Notes: generated from the sequence alone by a model not told the origin. Counted from the first letter of the stretch, positions 40,946 through 57,108 are shown. The stretch is DNA of 64,000 nt from Chrysomallon squamiferum (GCA_012295275.1 CM022665.1:28954001-29018000); one strand, 5' to 3'. Numbers and translations: made by a program.

Positions 40946-42801
40946 TATTTTGTTATATATACATATATATATATATATTTTTTTTTTTTAAATTCATTTT
41001 CATTATTAAATAAAAAGAAAGAAAATCTAGGCGTCATATTTTGAATGAAAAAATCATTAACATTTGTCACTATTTATTTTTCATTTGGAAAGAGATTATG
41101 TAATTACTGTTAGACATTTGCTGTATAGAAACATTTATTAAATTATCTAGTACATACATATTTTTTCATGTCATATAAAATAAAATTAAAATAAATAAAT
41201 AAAATCAAAAGAGGACTAAAAAGAGAGCGAAAGAAAACTAATGAATGTACGGCTTTGATATTTACTATCAACACAAGAGTGAAATACAACAGAAGTTCAA
41301 AGATATCGTCATTGTTCATATTAACCGTTACTCATTATTTGTCGTAAAGGGAACATTACCAAGAACTAATACTCTTACCTGACTTCCGATTGCCAAACAG
41401 TATCGTCTGCTGCAGGGTGCTTTTCTAAAGCGAAGAAACTCGCGAATGAAGAAACGCTTCTTCCAGCTGGCATCACTCTTGAATAACATCGGAAGCTGCA
41501 CTTTTACATGCCTTACTTGGGTCGATTTTCTTTGACCGCCGATGACCACAACATCTTTTTTTAATTCGTTTTATTATTTCAGACAGAGGCAAGTCTAGGC
41601 TATTCCTCAACAGGTTCATATTTTTCGCAATCTGGGTCACGTGACCCGAATATGACCCTGACTTCAACCCAGAGTGACCCCCCAAGAGTCTGCAAATGCA
41701 CTGTAAAACACACCTACCGTTTATTATATTGTCCGGCAGCGATAGGAAGAGAGAGAGAGGGAGAGAGAGAGAAAAAAATAACTTAGCATGAGTCGATCTG
41801 GAAAGATTACATAGGCAAAGTTCAATGTAGGGGCACGCGCGTAGACCCAGTAGAACAATAGACTTTAAGCAAATGTCGAAAAGCAGCGGATACGGTGGTC
41901 CAGAAGGGGGGAAAAAAGTGATTATGTTTTAGTCCAACCGACGTTCATTATTAAAGAAATAAAGGTATATTTATTCGGCGTGGTTCAAAGAAAGGCTATC
42001 GTCTGCCGATATATATGCATCTGCCAAGACAAAAACAAAATGAATGATCGTACGTTTTGTTTCGGTTTCTTTGCAAAATACATTATATATTCATTCGTTA
42101 AGGGTCGATAAAGGGTCACTGCTTAGGGATACGCACGCGTCAGGGACAGCAAAAATAATAATAAAGTATAAACGAATGTTTTGAGACTTCTGAACAATAA
42201 AAAGCACGTTTCTATATATTAAAGAGTTCAAACATGGGACATGGCTATAGACACAAGAAACAATACGATATCCTAAACGGGAGAATTAAAAAGAACGCGT
42301 GTGTGCGAAGAACAATAGGTCAAATCAGTGGATTTTGTCCCCATGAGGACACCCACAAATTATATATGTATATTGAAAGTTCAAATGAAGGCTAATCAAG
42401 GGTCCATCAATAGAAATGTGACACTTCCAGGTGTTTTCAGAGACAATACTACGTACGCCAAATGGTCAGTCTCAAATGTTCAAGACACATGCATGAAAAG
42501 AGAGGAACCAAATGTCAAAGTCTACGGCTTATTGAAATTTCGCTGCTATCCATCACTGCGGCGTGCTGTTGGAGAGAGGACCATAATTAAGAGTAGCCGT
42601 TTCAATTAACAAAGTGCAGAGAAAAGCGAAAGAAAGATTAAAAAAAGATAAGCCACTAAACTGCTTGGATTAATAAAAAAACATGAACGACATATTAAGT
42701 TTTATTTGTCAGATGTTATTCCAACCAGCTTGAGTTTTGGAATTTCACTCTTTGTTTGAATTTGTATGCGTGAAAAAAGGATGTGCATTATTATGCGTTG
42801 A

Positions 42802-42895
<94 letters not shown>

Positions 42896-45076
42896 TTAAG
42901 TACAAACTGGGTGTTACAATCAATTTTGGCTTTTCAAGGCATGAGTTAGATTTAAAAAAAGACACATTTGCTTGTTTTTCCATGAAAAATACTTCTTTAC
43001 ATTTAAATTATTATGCTCTATTATATTATATTATAAACACTGAAAGTACAGTGACTGCAATATTTTCAGTCACAAAAACACAACTGTTCTGAATCATGAA
43101 TAATAACTAAAATTACTCGTCACCCTTATCCTCTCAACGATTATGAAAAGAATTTAGCAAATTGCAGTTAAAAATCAAAGTACACAGTTATTTGACTTTC
43201 CGTTCAAAAGAGTCTTCTGCTGCCATTGTACTAGTCATCCCATCCCAACCCCCCACCCACATTTGGTCATCAGAAAAACAAAACACATGCTGGTATTTAA
43301 CGATCTGAAGGTTACCGCTGAAGCGAAAAACCAAATTTTCTTTTTAGCAAATGGGAAAATTATGCAAATGATTCCTGTTCTTTTTCATCCTTTTCATTGC
43401 ATGCGCACATCGAGGGACTGTGATAATGACAGAAAGCATGTCGGTATTCTTTTCTTTCTCTCTCTCTTTTTTTTTTTTTTTGGTTGAAAAAAAAAAAAAA
43501 AATCAGACGTCGTGATATGTGTTTGTAGGAGGCAAATCGATTTTCAAGCCTGCAACTGCGGCATGTCAGACGGCGGCTCTTTAGTTAACAGTGCTATAAT
43601 GTTTCTGGATTTATCTTTTTTTATTAATCTCATCGCTCTCGCAGTATTCACGCAGCAAGCTCGAATTGCAACATGACAATCATTAGCAGAACAAGAATTT
43701 AATGTATTTGTTTTCAGTAACAGCAGAATCGTAATAGCAGCTTTATTATTATTATTATTATTAGTTGTTGTTGTTGTTGTTGTTGTTGTAGCTGCAATAG
43801 TAAAGGTAGTTATAGGGTTAACAGCAATAGCAGTAGTCATAACAGTCGGAGTAATAGTAGTTCTGTTAGCAGTAATCGTGGTGATTTGATGATAGTAACA
43901 GTAACAGTGTTGTAGTCGCAGTTATGGTGTTGTTGGTGGTGGTGGTAGTTATAGTAGTAGTAATAGTTGTTGTTGTTGTTGTAGTAGTAGTAGTAGTAAT
44001 GGTGGTAGTGATGGTAATTATGACAGTGGTGGCAAAATAATAATAATAATCTGATGCAGTTTAGAAAACCATGAAGAAATGGACTCTCAACATTTCTAAT
44101 GTTTTTATGATTGAAATCACTGACGGGTTGACATTACACATTACACACAAATTAACTACGTTATTAGTCATTGTAAAGTTTATCACAAATGCGCGTTTAA
44201 TGAACGAAAATAAACAAGAATATTAAAAAATATTTTATTTAATTATCCTTTATTAAGAACATTACACATACATACAAACACACACACACACATAAAAAAA
44301 AGTAATAAAACAGTAAGATAATTTAATTGCTAATCTTTCTTAAAGTTAAAAAACAACACCACCAGATAATGGCTGTGAAATAAAACTTTGTGAGAATCAG
44401 CTTTTAATGGACAATAAAAGTACACTAAATACACTTTGCATGATTCTTTACCACTGTTTTATTTTTACATGGAAACTCAATCTTTGTTAATAATAAAGTA
44501 TGATAACAAAATAAATAAAAAATAAAGAATTATTAGTCATAGCTTGGTGGCTATTGTTTCCTACAATGAAATATAAAAATTTACAAAAAGATCTTTGCTA
44601 TGTTACTGGCATGCTTTTATCATTAGCAAAGGTTGATGTTTCCCGTAACAAAATAACCATTTATATAAAAATGGCATTGTGTCAGAATAGTACGTATGCA
44701 CGTGCGAGAATGAATGGTATGATGACATACATACACGCACACAAGAACGCAGGCACGCACAAAATTTCAAACCAAGTATTAAATTTATTCTTTTAAATCA
44801 TTTATTCAAAACGACTAGTGAGCAAAGGTTGGAAACGATTGTCTTTGATAAGAAATTTAAAAAAATAAAAAATAAAAAATAAAATTAATATTAATAATAA
44901 TGATAAATATGTATAAACAGTTTTTTCGTACAAAGTTTAACGATACCTATATAGTACAGTAGCTACAAATGAAATAAATATTTCGTCAACAATATCAGTA
45001 TATAAAACACACATACAAAAGTAATATTAATATAATTAATAACATAAACATTGCAGTTAACTCAAATTAATTTAAT

Positions 45077-45115
<39 letters not shown>

Positions 45116-45769
45116 TTATTAAATGACTAACACTAATCTAGATATGAAAAACACCGACTCTCACCTGGAACACATGGTCCAATTTTGATTGTTCTCGTAA
45201 AAATCATTGTCACGTGACATTACTACATGCTCATAACGTACGTACCATCCATGTTCTAATAATAAGTATCAAATCATTTGACCCCAAAAAACCCCGTACA
45301 GTTCTTTCACCCTAAACTTCTGAGACTAAATTCAGTTATATCAGAGTCTGTCGAGAGATTATGTGCTGTCTTGACCCGTTTCCCACATCAATCTATATCT
45401 GGTAGCCAGGCCACCTTAATTCCATACCATTATATAACACCCTCGGCCAAGCCGCATTGTTAGATAAAATGAGGTTATGTGCTATTGGCCTATAATTATG
45501 TTACTGCAAGTTTAGTTAAGAACTGAACATGTGGATGGTCAGCGTGTGTAGGAAACGCCCATTAATGTTTGTACTCGCAATGGGTGGGTTAGCGAGTCGT
45601 TGTTCAACTTATTAACACACTTATAACATGTATGTCTGTATTTACCCTTAGGGGTGGCTTCTTTTACTGGCGGAATTTTTTTTTTTTTTTTTTTTTTTTC
45701 ATTTTATCTGTTGTACAAAAACAGGATGTTGTTTCGTCTTCTGTTATTCTGCTTCTCAAAGTAACAAAT

Positions 45770-45770
<1 letters not shown>

Positions 45771-45808
<38 letters not shown>

Positions 45809-46198
45809 GTAGTAGTAATAATAATAATAATAATATAATAATAATAATAGTAATAGTAATAATAATAATAATAGCAATAATAATAATAATAATAATAGTA
45901 ATAATAATAATAATAATAATAGCAATAATAATAATAATAATAATAATTTAAAGTAATAATAAATAGAAATAGAAAAGAAAAAATTAATGAAAATGACTAC
46001 AAATAAATACATAAAAATAATAACCACATTTTGCAAATTTCAACAGTCGCAGTAAGCTACTGTTTGCACACACAGACACAAACAGTTCCTGCTTACTGTC
46101 TCTGTTCATATTTAATAAATCATTTGAGTTATCCTTAGAAATGAAAGCACAAATAAACTTAAACTTTTCAAATTACACGTTAACCTTTTTTCAGGCTC

Positions 46199-46261
<63 letters not shown>

Positions 46262-46360
46262 GATTGTCTTACTGTCTGTCTGTCTGTCTGTCTCTGTATA
46301 TTTCTTTGTCTGTGTCTCTCTCTCTGTCTCTGTGTCTTTCTGTGTGTATGTGTGTGTCTC

Positions 46361-46450
<90 letters not shown>

Positions 46451-46480
46451 AGGGTGTGTGTGTGTGTCCGTCTCTCTCTC
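45771..46480. repeat. Microsatellite cluster: (AAT)n 45771-45947 and (TGTC)n/(TC)n/(TG)n 46201-46480
   Basis: Direct reading. Confidence 0.95.
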
Positions 46481-47028
46481 ATTTACATGTTTACCGCCAA
46501 TTAAATTACTTGTATTTCACATCCAGGACATGCGAACCATCAATTAGTGCGGCTTGTCCTCGACTAATTAGTTGCTGTGAGACATGCAATGTTAATGCTC
46601 TAATACAGGTTTGATCCGCAGCGTTAGTAACGGTCTTTAACACTGACATTTTCAAATGCGACCAGTTACTTAAGAAAAAAAAAAGTAGTATATAATATTT
46701 CAAATCAGTATCTAATTTACAGCAAGGTGTGCAAAAGCGTATTACTTTATAATTTACAACATTATAATCTGTCTCCTTAGAACTCTCCTGCGAAATGAGA
46801 AGCTAAGGCCATAACAGGCATAATTAAACAGTATGCATGTCAAAAAATATATAACAGCTTTCAACGAATGGGTAATAATAGACTGATTCTAAATGATATG
46901 CAGAATATATAACATTAGATATAGAAAATTATTATTTTAGATACAAATTACATTATACAGTTTAGATATTTTTAAAAACTAACATATTTTCCAGAGGCAG
47001 TAATCATGTAATCCGCATCACTAAAGGC

Positions 47029-47066
<38 letters not shown>

Positions 47067-48131
47067 AATATACATGAAACAAATGTTTTTTTTATTCTGC
47101 TGTCTCTGAGGATGAATTTTAACAGCATTGTTGAATAATTAATTCGTAAACTGCCATTTCTTCCTGCAAACTAATACTTTCTATTTAATATCATCCGAGT
47201 TTATTCATTTATTTATTTATTTTTTAAATCATAAAGTCAGTGTACGCAGACTAATAAGAGTAAGCTAAATTAACGATAACAATTCACTTTCTTTTTTAGT
47301 AATGAGTTTAAAATACAGAAATAGTGGTTTGATAATACTTCATCATAGTCATTTTGTAGCATTATGTGATAGATCGAACCGAGATTCTTATCAAAGTATT
47401 ATTACCATTTTAAATAATCAGTGCACAAATATCTGCACTATCATTGCGATCAAATGATATTTTCTTCATGTTGTCATTTCATGTTTTCTTATCTCCAAAT
47501 GAACCGGAAGCGCTTCCTGGTTCGGACCAGAGTATCAAAGGTCAAGTATGTCGAAGGCATAGTTCATCTGAAGTAATTCACCCAAACCTTCAAGGTAACC
47601 ATCGTTAATTTATTCTTAAAGGTTATTTCATCAAGGATTTTTTTTTATATATATATATATACTTCCTTTTTACGATGATGAATTATACAAGTAAGCCATG
47701 AATGACGTAGGAAGTGTCAAAGGGACATTGATAATTACTGTTATGGTTTGAATTAATAACGAAGCCGATGAAGGTACATGATGGACAGAAATCTCTGATC
47801 ACTATTAGAATATTCTTTCAACATGTGATGATGATGATGATGATGATAATAAACTCAGAAAACAAAGAATGTGTATGTATATTAAGGTAAGAAACACAGA
47901 AAGAGTGAGAGAAAAAAAGACCTTTGACTGAGATAATAAAACACATGCTACAGCTTCCGTAACCGTGCAGTTGACCACGGGTGGGGCAGAATATTTTCCA
48001 AATGGAACGCTAGGCAGGACTGATCATGCTCCCCTTCACACATGCTGCTTTGAATGATTGGTAAGCAGGGGGGGGGGAAAGAGAAATGGTATCTGAACAC
48101 AAGTTATAAAATTTCCAACAGCTATATAAAG

Positions 48132-48270
48132 ACAATTTAAATGTTCGGCTTCTCTTGCAAAAAAGTCATCAGCTGCAAACGTCTTTTAATTTCCTAATCA
48201 CAAGACATGCTCTTCTACCGGCTTCAGTCTGCCGTTGTCCTTCCGTTGACATTCGCGCGTGTTGTAAAAT
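48132..48270 (+). repeat. Dispersed ~140-bp element, copy 1
   Basis: Colinear with 58052-58190: ACAATTTAAAT.TTCGGCTTCTCTTGCA...CCTAATCACAAGACATGC...TGTCCTTCCGTTGACATT...TTGTAAAAT. Confidence 0.9.
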
Positions 48271-50763
48271 GCATGCATTTCGTTTATAAGAGGAAAAAAT
48301 ATCCGCACTTATCTGTATTCTAGTATCGGATTACGTCTGTATGTTAACAGCTTCCTGGATAATAGATGTGATTCGATCCTTATATTAACACAGGTTCAGC
48401 AAAATAGTTCCGACTGTCTGATGACAGTATCAGTTAAAGTTTTGTAGTTAGTTCTGACTTGTGTGTGTACTTTTGTATGCATGTAATTTGTAACGGGTAT
48501 ATTTATTATTAACAGCACACTCTACTGTAAAAGGAGATTTTTTTCTTGTTGTTGTTGTTGTTGTTTTTTCATCCTATTTACATTTGTTATTCTCAGCAGA
48601 TATCCTACCTGATTTAATAATATGTCGTTCAGGTAAAGATCATTTCATTTTTAAAATTAGCTCTATAAATGTTAAATGGAGTGTCCAGGAGGACTTAACG
48701 TACAGCCTATCTTATGTCAACTCTGAATGATTCATATACAGCCAGCCTGGTGTGTTAGCAACCACGTAATAAATATTTTAACAGATTTTCTGTCGCTTCA
48801 TCAAAACAGAAAGACAAATTCTTCAATTTACGCTTCACCTTAAGTACAATTATAGCATTTAGCCTTAATGTTTCTTTATTAATCGTCAAGATTCACTTAT
48901 ACGTAATTGATGTGCAGATACTTCTTTCTTTAAACGACTTATTTTCACTGAACAAACTACCGTAACAGTTAGCATTTATCACTGGAACGAGTTCACTTAA
49001 GTGCGTTATCGTACGAGTTTCAATTGTTTGTACAGTGCAACATCTTGTACTTTCAGTTGTTATCTGCTTTGATACTCGCACAATGTTTAATATGTTTAAA
49101 CTGCGGGCCAGTATTCGGCAAGTTGTCGTGGTAATGTTATTGAATGTATTATGTATACGGTTAAATCGCTATCCAACCGAATTAAACTTTATTACAAAAC
49201 CATTACAGTAAAAATTCAATACTTAATAATGCTGATTTCTTTTTCTTTTCTTTGTTAATATTTTATTGTTTTCGTGGGTCGTAAAATGAGGGTGGAGTTG
49301 ACCTGGAACACGAGTGCGTTATGACATTAACATTGATACGGACTATGAATATTATTTAAGTTATATCTTGTTAGGTGTAACTGTATGTTTTATTTAATTA
49401 TTTTGCATTATGCTGTCTCATGCCAATATAATAAATTCTGTCACGTTGTTATATTTTGATATTTTTTGTTGTTACAGTACATGCTGTTTTGTTGAGTTAA
49501 TCTTTGTTATTTCCAGCTGTCGTTTTCTGCCTTATTAACTGTTACATTATTGCTTTTTAATGTATTTTAATTTGAAAAGTCTAATCTTTAAAAATTAAAG
49601 GACATATTTATATTTATAATTATTTACATTTTAAACCAGATCGAAATACTGGTACTAAGATGATTATTTGTTCTGCGCTCTCGAACAGTTCAGTATTACA
49701 GAAACCCTTCAGCAGGACACTCCACCCCTTCTTCTTCCTCACTGAAATGTCCTAAAATATCGTTAGATGTATTATTAACACTTGAGAAACCTCGAAAAAT
49801 AAAAAAATAAAATAAATAAAATAATATTAATTTAAAAAAAAGTAAGTAAGTAAGTAAATAAATTAAGTTAACAAACAAAAAAACAAACAAACAAACAATA
49901 ATATTAATAATAATAATAACAATAACGATAACAATAATAATAATAATAATAATATGCAAATAAATAAAATAAAATAATGTTCATTAGAATATTTGTTTGT
50001 TGTTACTGTTGTCGTTGTTTGCTTATTGTTTTTTTGTTGTTGGTTTTTGGGGGGTTTTGTTTGTAGATGTTGTTGTTGTTGTCGTTTTTGTTTGTTGTTT
50101 TGGAGGGGTTTTTTTAGTACGAGACTCATATTAGCTTTAATTATGCTGGACACAATATAGCTGCAGCGTTGATTTTCTTGTACAACATAGATAATTTCTT
50201 GCTGTGACAAATAAGGCTATGTATGAGATATGACGAGCAATTCAGCTACATAATATTTTAATAGCTGGACCATTAAGCTTTCTTTCTTAACAACTGCAGT
50301 TTAAGGAAACGCTGTGAACGCCCCAAGATAGCTCCTGTAGTGAGCACCAATGTAGCGGAAATAACTAGCAACATCTTGTTCGAAACCGGTCGGCGTAATC
50401 ACATGCTTTAGACAATGGACGACATTTTCAATTTTAAATTATCGTCAAGTCTTTTTGTTTGTATGATCATGGTGAGTAGACGAATTGGAGCAGGACTGTT
50501 TGAAATATAAGAAGCATTAACATGCTTCAATAACTGAAATTACCTGAGAGGCAATTGTTACAAATTTATTTTAATTTTCTTTTATTATGAAAAGCCAGGT
50601 GTCTGTGAGGTGTGTTATGGATATTATGCAGTCGAGTTCACAAAAACATATTGTTTCTGTTGTTGCCAGAAATGTGTCTATCGGATGTACTTTACCATAA
50701 ACTAAATAATCCTTTTTAAATATTATTTCACTGCGTATTAATGTAGTAGTAGTAGTAGTAACA

Positions 50764-50794
<31 letters not shown>

Positions 50795-53700
50795 AACCAA
50801 ATACATCTGCAAATACTGTTAGTCATATAACCCCAGTATTTTAATGCATTATGTCGAAAAACAGTAAGACAACGAATAGGAAATAAATTCTAAGAATAAA
50901 TACTACAGCAAACTGAATCAATGGTTTAAAAGAAGAACAAGCAAACGTATTAAATGTTCTTTTGTGATAACATGAAAGTACATTAAAAAAGATTCTTATT
51001 TGCTAATCCAGTTGTTTTTCATAATGTGGTGACAACGGACTTTCCGTTCGATACCATCATTACATTATCACACGATTTGATACTAATAACATAATATACG
51101 TAATATAGTGTTGATGTGTTGTCAAGAAACAGTCATTCAATCAGAATGTCAGTCTGCAGAGGTTAATACTGTTATGAGAAATATTTATATAGCAGCAGTG
51201 AAGTATACATACGCCATTACTATGCGTACATACCTAATGACCATGTATTCTATTTCTGAACAAAATGTAGTGACGATTATACAACAATGTTACAGGAAAA
51301 GAGTAATTTTCTTTTCAGTTTTTCTGACTACGTATATCCATGTTTTCCTCTTTTAAAATGACAAAAATAAAAATTACCACCAACAACACCAGCCTCCATA
51401 TCCCACACAAAATTTTTAAAAAAATAATAAAACAATTCGAACAGTTTGAGATCACTAAGTATGTACTCTGAGGTCAAAACAACAATTACGAAAGCTTTTC
51501 AACATAAATTTTTTCTTTTATTTACCAGTCTGACGGGGCTACGTCTACCTTTGTGTTCTGACATAAACATTCAGTGAAGCGAGTTGTTGTGAAGTAATGT
51601 GTTTCTAAAGACACATCGATCCTCACTCAGGATGTTTGTACGTGTTCGTAGGAAATGTCCTTGACGAAGAAAAAAATATATAAATAATAATAATAATAAT
51701 ATCTTTTCAAAGACCGGTCTCTGATTGGTATTGGCCTGACCGACGAAACTTAATGTCACGTTTCGGTAATGTTTGTTTGTAACTGCTTATTAATGAACGT
51801 GATGAAAATGTTTACGTGGAGGTAAATGATTAACGTTAGAAAAGAGGAATATTTCTGGGTGCGAGTATGTTAGCATGGGACAGTATGCTGTCTCTGTATA
51901 CCTGTTTTTAAGCCTTTCTGTTTCTCTTTATTTCTCACACACACACACACATACATATTTATTATACACGAATGCATACATATTTACACACTAGTACACA
52001 TTATATACAAATAAATAGCTATGCATTGTTTTAAATCAGATTCGTTGAAAAGCAATGCTATATTTATTAAACACTGTCACTTTACATTACTGTCCTATCT
52101 TTTGTTGATAGGATCAGTTATTTCTGTAAATCGTCGAAAATTTATTTCATTTAACTTGCTAAACAAACTGGAAGTATGGCCGAATTTCTGTAGCACAGTG
52201 GTTTGCTTTTCATGGAAATTTTATAAATAAATAAAGATCTACTGTGACATAACAAGACAAAAATAATCCTTTATCTCTCTCTTTGTGCATTTATACGTGT
52301 GTAAACAAATATTTAAAAAAAAAAAAAAAAAAAATTATATATGCCTACAAAGATAATCCGTTTATTAAAATCTATGACGATGCAGATTGTTACGATTTCT
52401 TTTCATTTTATAAAAGTCGAAATTCCATTTGATTGTTCACAATTGCTAAATAACGAGACCAGATGTGAAGAACCACTAATAACTAGGCCATTATTGTCGC
52501 AACATTTTGTCCCCGCCACGTTGTTACTATTTGAAAAGAACAACAGGACACCTCCGTCCAGAATGAAATGGTTTCCAAATCGATCAGAATGCTTTAAATC
52601 CATGTGAGCTGACTAGACGTAAATTGTGTCAGCAATTCTGAATAGCGTGAAAAAGTTTTGTGTACGAGTAATGACAAAGAAGTACACAGAAAACGCTAAA
52701 CAAGTGGGAGGCTGGATTATCTTTTAGTCCATTGTGTTAGTTATATATTTTTACGTCGCGTTTCAGAACTGCTTTCATCAAAATACTTCAGTTTCTGTGT
52801 GTCGTAAAACCTGGTGAAAATTAATGTATACGGCTATTAACGTGACAATAGATAAACTGCTTTTCATTTAGCAATTTTGTCAAATTAATCAGAAGAATTA
52901 AGTTATTATTATTATTATTATTATTTTGTTTTTTCAAAGATAAAGCGACAACATCAACGCCGAAATGAAAACAGAACTCTTCAGTGTAATGAAATAAGAA
53001 TAAAACATCTCTCACCGTCACAGCTTTTAATTAAAAATATCTTTCGAATAAAACTGAAATTTGGTTCTTCGATGAATTTCTGTCATTGTTACAAACCATT
53101 GTTGTCATAGGGAAGCAGATAAACAGCTTTTAGATAACGGCATTAAATAAAACACGTAAAAATGCTAAAGTTGATTTTAGTTCTCTTAAAAGTTTGAATT
53201 CATGATAAAAATATGCCATTTCAATTAAGGGATCATAAAAACAAATAAACAGACACATGTGCACGACCATGCACACAGAAATAATTTGTCTGTAAGGATG
53301 CACGCCTATTTAAATTACTTTAAAAATGATCATTTAAAAAGTAAAAAAAATTGTAATCTGACTATATACATCGTGTAGGTATTTGAATATATAATGTATT
53401 TAATTGTATAATTTATAAGAATATAATGCATGAAACTCAGTATATGTTTTTTTTTATTTGTTGTGTGGATACTGGAAATGTGAAAATTTAATGTATTTAA
53501 AATAAATGCAGTAGTCACATTCAGACTTCAGCGTAATTTAAAACTGGATATTCATGAAATAATTCTGGAAACCTTTATATCTTTTTCAAATAAAATAAAA
53601 TAAAATAAAATAATAACGACAACAACAAAAAGAACATACTTTAATAACTTAAAAATGTATAATATACCATGGCGATTAGGTTTTTGAACATTCCGTACCA

Positions 53701-54450
53701 ATCTTTTAAACCTGCTTTATCCAGACGAAATTAAAAATCAGGTCAACTGCTTTAAATGTGCCATGTCTACCACCAAGGACAATAGTTGTTTGTATTTCAG
53801 ATATGATGAACTTTGTGTGTTTCTAACGAATGCGGTCGAGTTTTTCAAAGATAAAGCATGTCTGCAAATAAGATATAGGACAGTTAGATAAACAGTATGT
53901 ATCTGCATGTCGACACAGGTTCGTGTATACATGTGTCGTTATGTTAGGAGAGAGACGAGAGCAAGAGTTACCGATCCCAGCTGAGTGATGTTGTAATGTG
54001 AGCAGCTGGTAAATGATTCGTATTATAAACACGGCATACAAACCGCACTACACACAACACATGTACACACACAGAGGCATGTACGAACGTACGTTCCTAC
54101 ATACATACAAAAAAACGTACATAAACCAAAACACTTAAACACACACACACACACATCATACATTTTTTTTTTAAAAAACGTTTTAAATTTTCGGTCCAAT
54201 TCAGACAATAGCTGAACAAATGTTGGAACAAACGAGTAATACAGAATATGTTTTTTTTATTCTTTTTGAATGATACCAACGGAAACGATGTCAAAATATT
54301 TTAAAAATTAATTTCTAGATAACAAATGACTCTAGGCTAAATATGAATTTTTAATGATACCGAATTGCACTCTCACAATGACAAGTATTTCTTCAGAGTA
54401 ACGTTTTGCAGTCGTTACTTCGTAATAGCTCAAACTATTTAAATACGTGT

Positions 54451-54453
<3 letters not shown>

Positions 54454-54494
<41 letters not shown>

Positions 54495-54564
54495 TGAATG
54501 TGAATGTGTGTGTGTGTGTGATGAATGTGAATGTATGTGTGTGATGAATGTGAATGTGTGTGTG

Positions 54565-54605
<41 letters not shown>

Positions 54606-54613
54606 TGAATGTG
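54454..54613. repeat. (TG)n interrupted by a recurring GATGAATGTG motif
   Basis: Four GATGAATGTG units embedded in TG repeats. Confidence 0.95.
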
Positions 54614-55156
54614 TATTTTCGTTTCTTAATTAATATATTTATGAGGGAAAATACTCCCGAAAGCAAAACAGCGTTTAGCCAAACTGTAGCCAGGGTCAGT
54701 AGTTCGATTTGTTTGATTTGTTTTGTATTTTTGTATTTTACAAATTTTCTCACACTTTGTTGATACAGCTGTTTATATTTCAGTTGGACATTTTTCATCA
54801 GGTGAGAGTGGCCTGTAAGTTACCCGACATTCATCAAAATACCGTCGTCCTTTCGAGAGTGAAGCAAACATGCATTCTGCATGTGTCCGCAGCCCGCAGA
54901 GTGTTACAACAAGAAGTCAGAGGTGACCCGGAAATCACTCGTGTCCGCTACTGTTCACAAGTCTGAGAAGCTGACTCAGTTCACATCAAAGCTCAAGCGA
55001 CCGGGTTCGTTTCTGGGAAAACGCTGTGGCCCAAAAGAAAAAAGACCCCTAAAAGCTGTAAATTATCAGCATTGACTATTATTTTATTTTTTTTATTTTT
55101 AATGAACTTAATAAAAATTAAGTGCTTCAAGATACGCGTTTGAGAAATATATGTTG

Positions 55157-55195
<39 letters not shown>

Positions 55196-55459
55196 TTTAC
55201 ACATTTCTTCGTTTCTGAATATAACTTACATTTTTTAAAATCCATTTTAATAAAGTATAGCTGCGATATGTAATCATACAAGAAAGAGAACAAATAAATA
55301 TGCGACGACTATTTTAAGTTAATGTGTAAGTTACATGATTGTACTGTTTTTGTGAGAAACCTGCACTCTGGCTTTATATCTTATCTGAAAATATGTTATC
55401 TACAGGGAAGTTTAACTTTCTGAAACACGTGGACAAATTAGGTATACTAATCATACCTA

Positions 55460-55700
<241 letters not shown>

Positions 55701-56838
55701 AAATATATGACGGACATATTTCTTTTATTTACATTTTTATTTTTAAAATTAGATACATTTGGTATATTGGTGACATAAAATAAAAGTAATTGGTTTCTTT
55801 CAACTATCTAGACAATTAAATGTACCCACATGCCATTAAAAAAGGAAAGAAGTCCTAAAGAACTGTATGACATCACCTGCTTTCAAATGAAAGACATCTG
55901 TGTTAAGAATAAAAAAGTTAATTTCGGAAAATAATTCATTCCAAAACAAAAGAACCAAAACGAAGTCAAAATATCCTTATGGCTGTAGACAGGAGGTTTC
56001 TTTTTTTTATTATTATTATTATTCTTTTTTGTTTTGTTGTTATAATATTATTGAGAGCCCGCTTTCCCGGACCTGTGAAGTTGACTAACACATGCTTTTG
56101 TCTCGATACATGTTGGCATGTCGGTCAATTGGCCGTCTTACAGTCTTCGATTGGTCAAATGTCCTCTAGTGTATTATCACTTTATTATGTATTCATCGTC
56201 TAAACTCGGTCCAACAAACAACCGATGATAATCTAGAGCACACTGAAAAGAAGAGGAAGAAGAAGAAAGGAAAAAAGAAAACAGAAGTACATAACGATGA
56301 AAGACTTCTGAGAGAGAAAAATGAAATCTTTGCCACTGTGTTAAATTTGCTTGAAACTGAAACGCAACGGGACAAAGTAAATATATTTTTCAGTGGTGGT
56401 AATTGAGGAACAATATTGTTTGCATGTACTGGTAATAAAACCGTGTCACTGCCCTCAGCATGTTTGAGTTTACAAAGGGACTAGGCATGTGTTTGCGTTG
56501 ACACGCTTCTGTACAACGCTGAGCGTATCAGCAGTTCAAATTTAAAAACACTTTCATCAGTCGTGTCGCAATACACTAACGTATTTTGAACAGAACATTT
56601 ATCTTTTCATATAATTTTATATTTTCATAAGCGGTAACAGTTTCGTACAATCATGAATATGTCGGATTAATAATAATAATAATAATAATAATAATTCATC
56701 GGTTATTTAATTATACTTTTAGAAAGAAAAAATAATTGAATTTTTTTTTGTCACTCTTATCTCTGGTTCTTCGTTTGTCTGTTTCTTCGCCGTCATTTTC
56801 TTCTTCTCTTTTCCACAGATCAAAACTGATTAAAACAG

Positions 56839-56839
<1 letters not shown>

Positions 56840-56886
<47 letters not shown>

Positions 56887-57027
56887 GGATTAATATTAAT
56901 ATTAATATCTTAAACATAAATTGATTTAGTGATTAATTAATTAAGTTATTAATTTCATCTTTTCTTAAAATTTAAATCCTTTTTGATTTCTTTCATCATA
57001 TTCATCTTTCCAAATAGTTAAAAAGAC

Positions 57028-57106
<79 letters not shown>
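56840..57106. repeat. (TG)n 56840-56884 and (CA)n 57030-57106 tracts
   Basis: Direct reading. Confidence 0.95.
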
Positions 57107-57108
<2 letters not shown>

